This document shows positions 37,109-46,418 of a stretch of DNA of 64,000 bases, one piece after another. Numbering within the stretch: the first letter of the stretch is position 1; the number at the start of each line of letters is the position of its first letter. The notes below the pieces were generated by a model. The model was not told where the DNA came from. It saw nothing but the letters and a program-made list of their open reading frames with translations, and did no database searches. Source of the stretch: Candidatus Thalassarchaeum betae (GTDB lineage: Archaea; Thermoplasmatota; Poseidoniia; Poseidoniales; Thalassarchaeaceae); the NCBI GenBank assembly GCA_003193925.1, contig PSPG01000012.1:1-64000 (forward strand). Reading direction: 5' to 3'. The position numbers and the translations under genes are program-made.

Positions 37109-38122
37109 TCAGGCACTGCGATTGACGTCGAGTAGCTTCTGACTTCGACGGCCTGAGAGCAGGGCAAGCATGGTTTTGGACTTCAGTTGCTTAATCTCAG
37201 GCCGCAGGACTTTGATGCGGTTCTCGGCGTCCAGAACGTTCTGAGTGCGCAGCAGCGTCAGCGTCCGTTGGCCGATGAGGACCGGCAACATGCACGCGCC
37301 GCGCAGCCGAAACTGGCTGTGAGGCAACAGGCCGATGTACTCGACCGCGGCGTCCAGGTGCGCGGCGGCCTTGTCGATGTAGCCGTCGAACAGCGGACGG
37401 AAACGGCCGATGTTTTCCGGTTCAAGCAGGTCGCGTGGCTCCAAGTCGTGTTCGGTCAACACTGCGCTCGGAATGTAGCATCGGCCCATGCGCAGGTCCT
37501 CTGGCAGATCGCGCAGGATGTTGATCAGTTGCAGCGCCTTGCCGAACCGCACGCCAGTCTCGAACAGCCGTGCCTCGACCGCAGCATCGGCCTCGAACAA
37601 GTGTTCGAGCGACATGTACGTCCAGAACTCGCCGACGCTACCGGCCACGCGGTAGGTGTAATCGTCGAGTTCCTCCTCCTTGGCGAGAGGAATGATCGTG
37701 TCGTCCGTGGCGTCTGCAAACCGTTGCAAGTCCAGGCTCTGTCCGCTGATGATGATGTCAAGGCACTGCCGGATTCGCTGCTGATCGATGGTGGAAAATT
37801 GCTCGAGGCAGGCAACAGACGAAGCGGCGTTTTCCAGCAATTTCGCCTCGGCGGGGTTGCTTTGGAGGCTGGTCAGGCTGGCGAGGTCTGGCAGCGTGCT
37901 GGCGCGACCCTGGACCCGTTCGTTGTAATGCTCGAGTGCCTGTAGTCGCTGGTCAGTCGAGCCGCCTTTCGAATCGGCGATGGTGTCGGACGAGCGTGCT
38001 AGGAGATAAAGCAAGCTGACCTGAGGCCGGATGCCGGACGGCAACGCCCGGAGGGTGAGATAGAATGAGCGTGAGGTTTCCTTGAGCAGCGAGTCGATTT
38101 CTTGGTTGATCAGTTTGGACAT
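37109..38122 (-). CDS. Squalene synthase-like (farnesyl-diphosphate farnesyltransferase family)
   Basis: TSRSFYLT, YLLARSSDTIAD, YTYRVAGSVGEFWT, LQLINILRDLPEDL..GRCYIP. Confidence 0.85.
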   Translation of the reverse strand: MSKLINQEIDSLLKETSRSFYLTLRALPSGIRPQVSLLYLLARSSDTIADSKGGSTDQRLQALEHYNERVQGRASTLPDLASLTSLQSNPAEAKLLENAASSVACLEQFSTIDQQRIRQCLDIIISGQSLDLQRFADATDDTIIPLAKEEELDDYTYRVAGSVGEFWTYMSLEHLFEADAAVEARLFETGVRFGKALQLINILRDLPEDLRMGRCYIPSAVLTEHDLEPRDLLEPENIGRFRPLFDGYIDKAAAHLDAAVEYIGLLPHSQFRLRGACMLPVLIGQRTLTLLRTQNVLDAENRIKVLRPEIKQLKSKTMLALLSGRRSQKLLDVNRSA

Positions 38123-38194
38123 GAACCGCTTTCCTCCACCATGCTCGATACCTCACTCTCCTAAGACCCTCGCTCAGTTCGTGAGGGAGCAAAC

Positions 38195-39118
38195 TCACCT
38201 CAGTCCGGCTTCCCTCAGGGCCTCTAGTAGCGCCTCGCCTATCTTGGATGGGTCCCTGGCTATGTGGATGCCAGCCGCCTCGAAAGCGGCGAACTTCTCC
38301 TCAGCCGTGCCCTTGCCGCCCGAGATGATGGCACCGGCGTGACCCATCCTCTTGCCTGGCGGTGCGGTGGCCCCAGCCACGAAGCCGACGAGGGGCTTGG
38401 TGAAGTTCTCAGTGACCCATTCGGCCGCATCCTCCTCGGCTGTCCCGCCGATCTCACCGATCAACACCACGGCCTCGGTCTCAGGGTCCTCCTCGAAAGC
38501 GGCGAGGCAGTCGATGAAACCGGTCCCGCTGACTGGATCACCGCCGATGCCGATGCAGGTGCTCTGACCCTCGCCCACGCCCATCGTCTGGGCTACCGCC
38601 TCGTAGGTGAGAGTGCCCGACCTCGAGATGACCCCGATGCGCCCCTTGGCGTGGATGTACCCGGGCATGATGCCAACCTTGCAGCCACCGCTCTCTCCGG
38701 GGGTGATTATTCCCGGGCAGTTCGGCCCGATGAGCCTCACTCTCGGCCTCTGGCCGATGTGAGCGACCACGCGCACCATGTCCAGAATGGGGATACCCTC
38801 ACTGATGCAGACGATTAGCCCGCCGCCGTTGAGCTCGTGGAAGGCGTCGGCAGCCTCCATTATCGCCGAGGCTGCGAACCTCGCGGGTACGTAGATGACA
38901 CTGGCTTCCGCACCGGTCTCCAAGACCGCCTCGGCCATGGTGTCGTAGACAGGGACCGAGCGACCCGGTAGGCCGACTGTCTGGCCACCCTTCCCGGGTG
39001 TGACGCCGCCGACGATGTCAGTGCCGTATGCCACCATCCTGGTCGCGTGAAACATCCCCTGGCTGCCTGTGATTCCCTGTACCAGTATCTTGCTGCCTTC
39101 GTGGATCCAGATGCTCAT
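38195..39118 (-). CDS. sucD: Succinyl-CoA synthetase alpha subunit
   Basis: [44 protein letters not shown]. Confidence 0.97.
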   Translation of the reverse strand: MSIWIHEGSKILVQGITGSQGMFHATRMVAYGTDIVGGVTPGKGGQTVGLPGRSVPVYDTMAEAVLETGAEASVIYVPARFAASAIMEAADAFHELNGGGLIVCISEGIPILDMVRVVAHIGQRPRVRLIGPNCPGIITPGESGGCKVGIMPGYIHAKGRIGVISRSGTLTYEAVAQTMGVGEGQSTCIGIGGDPVSGTGFIDCLAAFEEDPETEAVVLIGEIGGTAEEDAAEWVTENFTKPLVGFVAGATAPPGKRMGHAGAIISGGKGTAEEKFAAFEAAGIHIARDPSKIGEALLEALREAGLR

Positions 39119-40326
39119 GAGAAGTCACCTCCGATGAGCTTGACGATAGCCTCTCCGGCCTCCGCGAGAGTACTGGTTGTGAGCACATCCAAGTCGCTAG
39201 CGTCGAGTACCTCCTTGCCCTCCTCGTGGTTGGTGCCCGAGAAACGGACGACCAGCGGGACCTCGAGCCCGACCTCCTCGGAAGCCTCGATGATGCTGCG
39301 AGCGACCATGTCGCATCGGATGATGCCGCCGAAGACATTGACGAGGACCCCCCTCAGATGGGGGTCCTCGAGGATGATTCCGAAAGCGGCGGTGATCGAC
39401 TCGCGGTCCGCCGCCCCGCCAATGTCGAGGAAGTTCGCCGGCTCGCCGCCGCAGAGCTTGATGACGTCCATCGTGGCCATTGCGAGGCCGGCGCCGTTGA
39501 CCAGACAGCCTATGTCGCCGTCCAGATCGACGTACGAGAGTCCGTGCCCGCGCGCTCGGACCTCGATGTCAGACTCCTCGGAGAGATCGCGCAACTCAGC
39601 CCGCCACTGGTGCCGGAACGCGGCGTTGTCGTCGAAGCTGATCTTCGCGTCGAGCGCCACCATCGTGGCGCCTTCGGTCCTGACCAGCGGGTTGACCTCG
39701 ATCATCGAGCAGTCCCTGTCGACGAACATCGATGCCAGCGCGCCGATCATGTCGAGGAAGGAGTCGTGCGCCGAGCCCGAGAGGCCCAGCGAGTCGGCCA
39801 GCGAGCTCTTCTGCGAGTCCTGCAGACCCTCTATAGGGTCAACCCAGACCTTGTGGATGGCCTCGGGAGTGTTCTCCGCGACCTCCTCGATGTCCACGCC
39901 TCCTTCGGTGGAGGCCATGATAAGCACGGAGTTCGCCTCGCGGTCGATGAGCAGTGCGAGGTAGTACTCGTGCGCGATGGCGCAGCCTGCCTCGACGTAG
40001 AGGTTGTTGACGAGCTTGCCCGAGGGGCCGGTCTGCTTGGTGATCAGTGTGTGTCCGAGGATATTCGAGGCGTACTCCCCCACATCCTCGCGGGAGAATG
40101 CGATCTTCACCCCGCCCTGCATGACGAGGTCGCCCGAGTCGGGGCGGTACAGCTTGCCCTTGCCGCGCCCGCCGGCGTGGATCTGGCTCTTGACAGCGAC
40201 CACTTCCGAGCCCAGCGTCTCGTAGGCTGCCAGCGCCTGCTCGACGCTCGTGCAGTGAACTCCGTCCTGGACTGCGACCCCGGCTTCCCTGAGCAGGGCC
40301 TTGGCCTGGTACTCGTGAATGTTCAT
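39115..40326 (-). CDS. sucC: Succinyl-CoA synthetase beta subunit
   Basis: [51 protein letters not shown]. Confidence 0.97.
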   Translation of the reverse strand: MNIHEYQAKALLREAGVAVQDGVHCTSVEQALAAYETLGSEVVAVKSQIHAGGRGKGKLYRPDSGDLVMQGGVKIAFSREDVGEYASNILGHTLITKQTGPSGKLVNNLYVEAGCAIAHEYYLALLIDREANSVLIMASTEGGVDIEEVAENTPEAIHKVWVDPIEGLQDSQKSSLADSLGLSGSAHDSFLDMIGALASMFVDRDCSMIEVNPLVRTEGATMVALDAKISFDDNAAFRHQWRAELRDLSEESDIEVRARGHGLSYVDLDGDIGCLVNGAGLAMATMDVIKLCGGEPANFLDIGGAADRESITAAFGIILEDPHLRGVLVNVFGGIIRCDMVARSIIEASEEVGLEVPLVVRFSGTNHEEGKEVLDASDLDVLTTSTLAEAGEAIVKLIGGDFS

Positions 40327-40430
40327 AGTGCCCGGGCCGCGATTCGCGCACCGTCTTTCAACGATGCGCATACGCACCCCGCGTGGCGCGGACGCGAAGC
40401 GCTCAAACGGGGTCGCACGCCCGACCCGCC

Positions 40431-41393
40431 ATGGATGTCATAGTTTTGGCCGGTGGCTTCGGCACCCGCTTGCGTCCGTGGACCGACGGCCGCGCCAAGC
40501 CGCTGCTGCCGCTGCTCGACAAGACCCTGCTCGAGAGGGTCGTGGAGGCGGTGCCCACCGACATGATCGACAGGGTCGTGGTCGCAGCCGGCTACGGCAT
40601 CGAGGAGATGGAGGCCTACTTCATGGGCGCGAGTCTGCCTTACGAGGCAGTCCTCTCAGTCGAGGAGGAAGCGCTCGGTACCGGTGGCGCGGTGGCACTC
40701 GCGCGGCCTTACCTGAACGGCGACGGACCGGTTCTGGTGCTCAATGGCGACCTCGTCTCCAGCGTCGACGTCGCCGCTCTGGCCGCGCACCACGATGCTA
40801 CCGGTGCCACCGCGACACTGTCGCTCTGGGAGGTCGAGGACCCGAGTCGCTTCGGCGTCTGCGAGCTCGACGATGCTGGCTTCATTCGCCGCTTTCAGGA
40901 GAAGCCCGAGCCCGGGACCGAGTTCTCCAACCTGATCAATGCAGGCTGCTACCTGATCGAGCGCGACGTGCTGGCCGGCCTTGCCAGCGAGCCTCACAGC
41001 ATGGAGCGCGAGGTCTTCCCGGGAATAGCCGAGGCCGGCGAGATGGCCGGACTCGTGTTCACTGGGTACTTCGTCGACGCGGGAACCCCCGACTCGTTCA
41101 TCGAGGCAGCACAGGTTTGCATTGCCAACGGCCGCTATGGCAGCGGGCAGGTAACCGACGACTCCTGGCTCGGCGACGGCTCGCACTGCGAGGGAGATGT
41201 CTCGGGGAGCGCCATCGGAGCGGCCTCAAACGTGGGAGCCGACGCCTCGCTGACCGACTGCGTGGTTCTGGACGGCGCAAACATCGGAGCCGGAGCGACC
41301 CTCCACCGCTGTCTGGTGGGCGAGGGCGCTGACGTGGCTGCGGGAGCAGAGCTCTCGGATACCATCGTAGGACACCACGCTCACGTCGAGTGA
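40431..41393 (+). CDS. NDP-sugar pyrophosphorylase (mannose-1-phosphate guanylyltransferase-like) with hexapeptide repeats
   Basis: LAGGFGTRLRP.T..AKPL, LGTGGA, NGD, FQEKP, INAGCY, DAGTP; C-terminal left-handed beta-helix repeats. Confidence 0.9.
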   Translation: MDVIVLAGGFGTRLRPWTDGRAKPLLPLLDKTLLERVVEAVPTDMIDRVVVAAGYGIEEMEAYFMGASLPYEAVLSVEEEALGTGGAVALARPYLNGDGPVLVLNGDLVSSVDVAALAAHHDATGATATLSLWEVEDPSRFGVCELDDAGFIRRFQEKPEPGTEFSNLINAGCYLIERDVLAGLASEPHSMEREVFPGIAEAGEMAGLVFTGYFVDAGTPDSFIEAAQVCIANGRYGSGQVTDDSWLGDGSHCEGDVSGSAIGAASNVGADASLTDCVVLDGANIGAGATLHRCLVGEGADVAAGAELSDTIVGHHAHVE

Positions 41394-41433
41394 GTCCGTC
41401 AGCGTCAAAGCAGGCCGGCTTCTCGCCCGGAGC

Positions 41434-42096
41434 GTGAGCGACTGCCTGATCGTTGTCAATTTCAAGACCTACCAGACCGCCCATGGCGCGTCTGCAGAGG
41501 AGTTGGCTCGCGCCATGGCGAGCATCGAGACCGAGGCACGACTCGTCGCCGCGGTCTCGGCCCTCGACCTCTCTGCGGTCGTCTCAGCAGCCCCGGACCT
41601 CGAGGTCTGGTGCCAACACCTCGACCCGATCAACTCCGGCTCCAACACCGGTTGGCTCCATCCCGACACCGCGGTCGAGCGCGGTGCGACTGGCTCACTC
41701 ATCAACCACGCCGAGCACAAGGTCAGCATCGAGCACGTCGCCATGCTGCTTGACCAGGTTCCTGAGGACTTCCGCGTGTGCGCGTGCGCGTCCGACGTCG
41801 ACGAGGCGCAGGCGCTCGCCGCACTCAGACCGACCTACGTGGCAGTCGAGCCGCCCGAGCTCATCGGTGGCAACGTCTCGGTGACTTCGGCCGACCCGGG
41901 CATCGTCAGTGGCACAGTCGCTGCGGTACGAGAGGTGACCGACGAGGTAGGAATCCTCTGTGGTGCTGGCGTGAAGACCGGGGCGGACGTGGCCACGGCG
42001 ATTGAGCTAGGCACGATCGGAGTCCTCCTAGCCAGTGGCGTGACCAAGGCTGACAATCCGCGAGCCGCGCTCGAGGACTTAGTCTCAAAACTCTGA
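41434..42096 (+). CDS. tpiA: Triosephosphate isomerase (archaeal type)
   Basis: VNFKTY, LINHAE, AVEPPELIG, CGAGV, GVLLASGV.KA. Confidence 0.95.
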   Translation: MSDCLIVVNFKTYQTAHGASAEELARAMASIETEARLVAAVSALDLSAVVSAAPDLEVWCQHLDPINSGSNTGWLHPDTAVERGATGSLINHAEHKVSIEHVAMLLDQVPEDFRVCACASDVDEAQALAALRPTYVAVEPPELIGGNVSVTSADPGIVSGTVAAVREVTDEVGILCGAGVKTGADVATAIELGTIGVLLASGVTKADNPRAALEDLVSKL

Positions 42097-42100
42097 ACCG

Positions 42101-42208
42101 TCATTGCTTGGCGCGCTTGCGCGAGGCCTTTCTGCGTCGTAGTTTCTTCTTGCGCCACTTCCAGCGCTGCTTCCCGTGCTTCTTCCACGCACGGGAGCCT
42201 CTCTTCAT
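42101..42208 (-). CDS. rpl41e: Small basic ribosomal protein eL41/eS32 (archaeal form)
   Basis: Manual translation: MKRGSRAWKKHGKQRWKWRKKKLRRRKASRKRAKQ* (35 aa), containing the RWKWxKKxxRR core. Below the ORF track cutoff. Confidence 0.8.
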   Translation of the reverse strand: MKRGSRAWKKHGKQRWKWRKKKLRRRKASRKRAKQ

Positions 42209-42263
42209 GCGCGTTGCCGACCTGCTCTCCCTATTTGAGCGATTCGCGGGGGCTCGCGAGGGA

Positions 42264-42340
42264 TGGTGGGCGATACAGGATTCGAACCCGTGTCACCGGC
42301 TTAGAAGGCCGGCATGATATCCAGACTACACCAATCGCCC
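42264..42340 (-). tRNA. tRNA-Arg (anticodon TCT), CCA encoded
   Basis: GGGCGAT..ATCGCCC acceptor stem, CCGGC-CTTCTAA-GCCGG anticodon arm, GGTTCGAATCC T-arm, ACCA end. Confidence 0.93.
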
Positions 42341-42363
42341 TGATGTCCCCGCAGGACTCTCGC

Positions 42364-43158
42364 TCAAGAACCCTGCACATCGTCTGAGATGTCATCGAGC
42401 AGCTCTCCGATCGCTTCCTCGACCGCTTCCTGAATCTCCTCGGCGTCAGCGTCGGCGCTGTAGTTCAGCGAGCCGTCGTCCTTGGTGTCCGCACGCACGT
42501 CATCGACGCTCCTGCCCACCGCCTGCGCTATCTCGCCCTGCATCTTCCTGCGCCGCTTGCGCTTGCGGCGGACCCTCCTGATGGTGCTGGTGATTCTCAG
42601 CAGGATCTCAAGTATGGCCAGCAGCACGAGGCTGCTGAAGAAGGACCTGGCCAGCTCGGGCAGGTTGTCCATCAGGGCCTCGAACTCGTTCCACTGGACC
42701 GAGGTCGAGCCGACTAGGAAGACACCGAGGACGGCGAACGGAAGCATCTTGGCGACATCCCTCGAGAGGTCCTCGGTCCAGTAAGCCAGTATGCGCACGG
42801 CGCCGACCACCGAGGTCGCGATGAGCGCGTTCCTCGCATGGTCCGAACTGTCCGAGAGCAAAGTGAGGATGACCGCGAGGACGAGTGTCCAGAAGGCGAT
42901 GAGGATGGGTATGACCAGGATGTACTGAACGACGAAGAGGATGCTCCTGAGGTACTTCTTCACCTTGCCACCGAAGTCGTCGGCGTACTTGCTCAGGTCG
43001 AGCGTGAGCAGGTCCTTCTTGGCCAGCACCCGGTAGAACATGAACACGAATCCCGAGTACACGGCGATGGCGATTATCGCCATCAGCGTCGGGTAGGTCT
43101 CCCTGCCGAAGTCCTGTATCAGGGCGAGGAGCTCATCGCTCGTCCGAGGTATCTCCAC
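42364..43158 (-). CDS. Hypothetical membrane protein
   Basis: About 5 TMs, RILAYWTEDLSRDVAKMLPF motif, basic then acidic tail. Start set at GTG. Confidence 0.7.
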   Translation of the reverse strand: MEIPRTSDELLALIQDFGRETYPTLMAIIAIAVYSGFVFMFYRVLAKKDLLTLDLSKYADDFGGKVKKYLRSILFVVQYILVIPILIAFWTLVLAVILTLLSDSSDHARNALIATSVVGAVRILAYWTEDLSRDVAKMLPFAVLGVFLVGSTSVQWNEFEALMDNLPELARSFFSSLVLLAILEILLRITSTIRRVRRKRKRRRKMQGEIAQAVGRSVDDVRADTKDDGSLNYSADADAEEIQEAVEEAIGELLDDISDDVQGS

Positions 43159-43196
43159 AGAGCCCACACGCCGGTGCGACTCAAGGTAGTTGCGCC

Positions 43197-43742
43197 CTAC
43201 TGTGGGCTGAATGGCCGGGCGCATTTGGGGCACCTGGTAGGCGCGCTGACCCTGACTCTCTGCCAGGTGTGCCCGCAGTTGCCGCAGATCCACTGCCTCT
43301 CCGGCAGGCTGTCGAGGACCTCACGCCGCATCCTCCTCAGCACCGGCGACCGAGCCAGGCTGGGTGCCGGCGCGATCTGCTTGACCAGCTCGGCGTGGTT
43401 ACCGCCGTGCGCGATCAACCCGGCAGCGTGCAGCAGTTCGTGCACGAGGGTGTGCCGGAACAGCACCTCGTCCTCAGCCAGGATCCGGTTGAGGCCGATT
43501 GTGACCGAGCCTGGTGCGACCCTCAGCCGGCGCCGCCGGAACAGTTCGTGGTGGTCGTACTCGAAGCGGGTCATCCCCAGGCGGCTTTCGTCTGCGGGCA
43601 GCCACTCGAGCCTCAGGTGCTTGCCGAGGTGACGCAGGAACGGAGCCTCGTCCTTGCTCAGCACGGCCTTGAGATCATCGAGCAGGCCGTCGGGCATCTC
43701 GGGGCCTCCCAGCACCCCGCCTCCATCGCTCCCCGCGGTCAT
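43197..43742 (-). CDS. SprT-like zinc metalloprotease with C-terminal Zn ribbon
   Basis: TLVHELLHAAG..H (HExxH), CGNC..CPKC. Confidence 0.7.
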   Translation of the reverse strand: MTAGSDGGGVLGGPEMPDGLLDDLKAVLSKDEAPFLRHLGKHLRLEWLPADESRLGMTRFEYDHHELFRRRRLRVAPGSVTIGLNRILAEDEVLFRHTLVHELLHAAGLIAHGGNHAELVKQIAPAPSLARSPVLRRMRREVLDSLPERQWICGNCGHTWQRVRVSAPTRCPKCARPFSPQ

Positions 43743-43765
43743 GGCCCAGCGTGCCCCCATTCTCC

Positions 43766-43771
43766 TTAAAT
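43766..43771 (+). promoter_or_regulatory. Putative TATA box of tRNA-Ala
   Basis: TTAAAT about 26 nt upstream of the tRNA 5' end in GC-rich context. Confidence 0.45.
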
Positions 43772-43796
43772 GGCCGTCGTCGGTGGCCCGCTCACT

Positions 43797-43870
43797 GGGC
43801 GTGTGGCGCAGCATGGAAGCGCGCTTCCTTGGCATGGAAGAGGCCCCGAGTTCAAATCTCGGCACGTCCA
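43797..43870 (+). tRNA. tRNA-Ala (anticodon GGC), CCA not encoded
   Basis: GGGCGTG/CACGTCC acceptor with the G3:U70 Ala determinant, CTTCC-TTGGCAT-GGAAG anticodon arm, GTTCAAATC T-loop. Confidence 0.93.
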
Positions 43871-44020
43871 CTTTCTCTTCCTAGGATGCCGTCATGCGTA
43901 GGCTCGCAACCCCGCGATTCTGGTTAATGGGAAAGTCAATGGGGTCACCACCCCCCCAAACTGCACTACGGTGCGCATTCTACATTGATACTAAATAGTC
44001 TATACTTGCGCGCACGACGT

Positions 44021-46276
44021 ATGAAGTCTAAGCTAACAGCAACACTTCTTTGCACGCTAATGATTGTATCAACTCTTGCCGGTTGTCTCGGCGGGGATGA
44101 TGGAGACGACGACCCAGACCCAACGATGGTCATGGGATGTACCTACGCGGACGCGACCAACTACAACGCCGACGCTACGATGGACGACGGATCATGTGAG
44201 TATGCGCCCGGTGAGGAGCCAGTTCTTGGCTGCACCAACGCGGGCGCTACGAACTACGATTCCGCCGCCACTCGTGACGACGGCTCGTGTACCTACGCTG
44301 AAACCGTGATGGGCTGCATGGACCCGGCTGCTAACAACCATAACGCAGATGCCGAAGACGATGACGGTTCTTGCGACTATGGTATGGCTCAGGGAGACAT
44401 TATGGCAGCCTACTCGGCTGGCGACATGTCCTTCGAGGAGGCTCTGTACGAGCTCGAGAAGTCGAGAAAGTGCCGTGAGCAGGGTTCCAACAACCCCTGT
44501 GAGATAGTCGAGATGTCGATTGGCGACGCCTCGACAATCGACCCCCACGATGCGTACGACTCGGCATCCGGAGACGTCATTGAGCAGGTCTACGACACGC
44601 TCTACCGCTATGCGGGTGACGGAAGCGGAAACGCCATCATCGAGCCCCGCCTCGCCACCGGCTATTCAGTCAGCGCCGACGGTCTGACCTACACGTTTGA
44701 TCTACGAGATGACGTGTACTTCAGCAACGGTGACCTGATGGAGGCCTCTGACGTTGTGTACTCATGGTGCCGCGTACTTGGCTACGGCTCGCCCGACAGC
44801 CACGTGGGCTGGATCCTAGAGCAGAGCTTCGACTGCAACGACGCTGATGGTAACCACAGCGACACTGGCGGCGAAAGTCTCACTGTCAACAGCGCGACCT
44901 CTTTCTCGGTCACACTGTTCGCTGAATCCTCGGCGTTCATCTCGACGATCGCCTACACGGTCGGCGCTGTGATCAACGCCGAGCTGTGCGAGGCCAACCG
45001 CGTCGATGCGGGCGGTGATGGCGACGACTACTGCCACGAGTGGATGGACGAGGCTCCGTTCGGAGCTGGGACCAACGCTTATCTGGTACAGTCTTGGGTC
45101 CGTGAGGACCGACTCGTCCTCGTGCCGAACTGGATGTACTGGGAGAGCGGTGATTACAACATCAACCGCCACACCGTGTCCATAGTTACCGAGGCCACGA
45201 CAAGGCTGCTCGCCTTCACCGACGGTGAGGTCGACTTCGGCAGCATCAACATCGAGGATCTGGTGAACTTCTGCGACAACCTGGAAGACAAGCCTAACGT
45301 ACAGTCCAAGGCAGGATACATCTGCAGTTACAGGGAGACCTTCACTACGACCCTGTCGGCCTTCAACCTACACCCGAAGGCCCTTGATGCAGGAGAGGAC
45401 AACACCAACACTGGTGCTAACTCGTCCCTCATCCTCAACCACGACTGCAGCGGCGACGGCACCAACGACTGCAGCGTCATGGAGGTAGGAGCGGTCCGAG
45501 CGGCCATCTCCTACGCGTTCGACTACGAGACCCACCGAAGGGACACGTACGACAACTCGCTGGCACCGCAGTACGGCCCGATCCCGACTGGCTTCCTGTA
45601 TGCGGATACCCAGTACGAGGTCTTCACCTACGACCTGGCCTACGCTGAGCAGCTCCTAGAGGACGCTGGCTTCATCCGCCAGTACGACTGCTCCTCGCTG
45701 AGCCGCAGCGGTGCGGCAGACGTGGTCGCTGAGGCAGACAGAGACGGCACCGAGTGCCGCCTGCCGAACATCCTGGGCGTAATGGCCAACGAGGGCAACG
45801 ACTACCGAATCGCCATGGCCGGCCAGCTCGCTGAGGCCCTGGGGACCATCGGAGTCGCCACCGCCGGAGATGCCAAGCCATGGGCAGAGTACCTGACCAT
45901 GTACTACACCAGGACATGGGACATCAGGTTCAGCGGATGGGCCCCTGACTACCTCGACCCCGACAACTACTGGTCGCCGTTCGCCGGCGGTTACTCCATC
46001 GGCGGCGACGCCTATGGTACGGGTTACGAGAACGCGGACGTCAACGCCGCCCTGCTCATTGGCAGGACCTCGCAGGACGACGCTACGCGCGAGCAGGCGT
46101 ACGTCGATGCCTTCGAGGCCTGGATCCTAGATCCCAACATGATCATCATTGGACAGTACAACGGCGTAGGTGTCAAGCACGACGACATCTGCAGCCCGGA
46201 CTGGGTCGCCATTGGGTCCGCCCACTGGTTCGACTACGACAAGCTGCCAATGGTCAAGTCGGCTCCTGCTGATTAA
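44021..46276 (+). CDS. Peptide/nickel ABC transporter substrate-binding lipoprotein (family 5)
   Basis: Lipobox-like LAGC, three Cys-rich repeats, TIDPHDAYD..VYDTLY..PRLATGYSVSADGLTYTFDLR..FSNG, VRAAISYAFD, GWAPDYLDPDNY. Confidence 0.9.
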   Translation: MKSKLTATLLCTLMIVSTLAGCLGGDDGDDDPDPTMVMGCTYADATNYNADATMDDGSCEYAPGEEPVLGCTNAGATNYDSAATRDDGSCTYAETVMGCMDPAANNHNADAEDDDGSCDYGMAQGDIMAAYSAGDMSFEEALYELEKSRKCREQGSNNPCEIVEMSIGDASTIDPHDAYDSASGDVIEQVYDTLYRYAGDGSGNAIIEPRLATGYSVSADGLTYTFDLRDDVYFSNGDLMEASDVVYSWCRVLGYGSPDSHVGWILEQSFDCNDADGNHSDTGGESLTVNSATSFSVTLFAESSAFISTIAYTVGAVINAELCEANRVDAGGDGDDYCHEWMDEAPFGAGTNAYLVQSWVREDRLVLVPNWMYWESGDYNINRHTVSIVTEATTRLLAFTDGEVDFGSINIEDLVNFCDNLEDKPNVQSKAGYICSYRETFTTTLSAFNLHPKALDAGEDNTNTGANSSLILNHDCSGDGTNDCSVMEVGAVRAAISYAFDYETHRRDTYDNSLAPQYGPIPTGFLYADTQYEVFTYDLAYAEQLLEDAGFIRQYDCSSLSRSGAADVVAEADRDGTECRLPNILGVMANEGNDYRIAMAGQLAEALGTIGVATAGDAKPWAEYLTMYYTRTWDIRFSGWAPDYLDPDNYWSPFAGGYSIGGDAYGTGYENADVNAALLIGRTSQDDATREQAYVDAFEAWILDPNMIIIGQYNGVGVKHDDICSPDWVAIGSAHWFDYDKLPMVKSAPAD
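44135..44380 (+). repeat. Three tandem about 28-aa Cys-rich modules (GC.D/N..A.NY...A..DDGSC.Y)
   Basis: GCTYADATNYNADATMDDGSCEY / GCTNAGATNYDSAATRDDGSCTY / GCMDPAANNHNADAEDDDGSCDY. Confidence 0.85.
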
Positions 46277-46295
46277 CGCCGTGAAGACGTAAGGC

Positions 46296-46371
46296 CGACG
46301 GCAGCCGCCCTCGGGCGGCTGCCGTCGTACCGTCAATCGACTTTCTCCTGCCTGCCTATGGCAGGCAGGAG
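46296..46371 (+). promoter_or_regulatory. Two perfect GC-rich stem-loops between the SBP and permease genes
   Basis: CGACGGCAGCCGCCC-TC-GGGCGGCTGCCGTCG (46296-46327) and CTCCTGCCTGCC-TAT-GGCAGGCAGGAG (46345-46371). Confidence 0.75.
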
Positions 46372-46418
46372 GCAACTGTGATAGAGCAGTCTCAGCATGG
46401 TCTTCGCGGGGGGTCACG

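Noticed and set aside
42108-42317. 69-aa plus-strand ORF after tpiA
   Set aside because: Antisense to the eL41/eS32 gene and tRNA-Arg.
42264-43870. Two genes bracketed by tRNA-Arg and tRNA-Ala as a possible integrated element
   Set aside because: No integrase, no duplicated tRNA 3' end and no compositional shift seen.
44135-44380. Periodic repeats as a possible CRISPR array
   Set aside because: They are degenerate in-frame protein repeats without identical DNA repeats or spacers, and no cas genes are present.
46296-46371. Hairpins as a Rho-independent terminator or MITE
   Set aside because: No poly-T tail follows on the coding strand, no target-site duplication and no second copy seen in the window; kept only as a regulatory structure.
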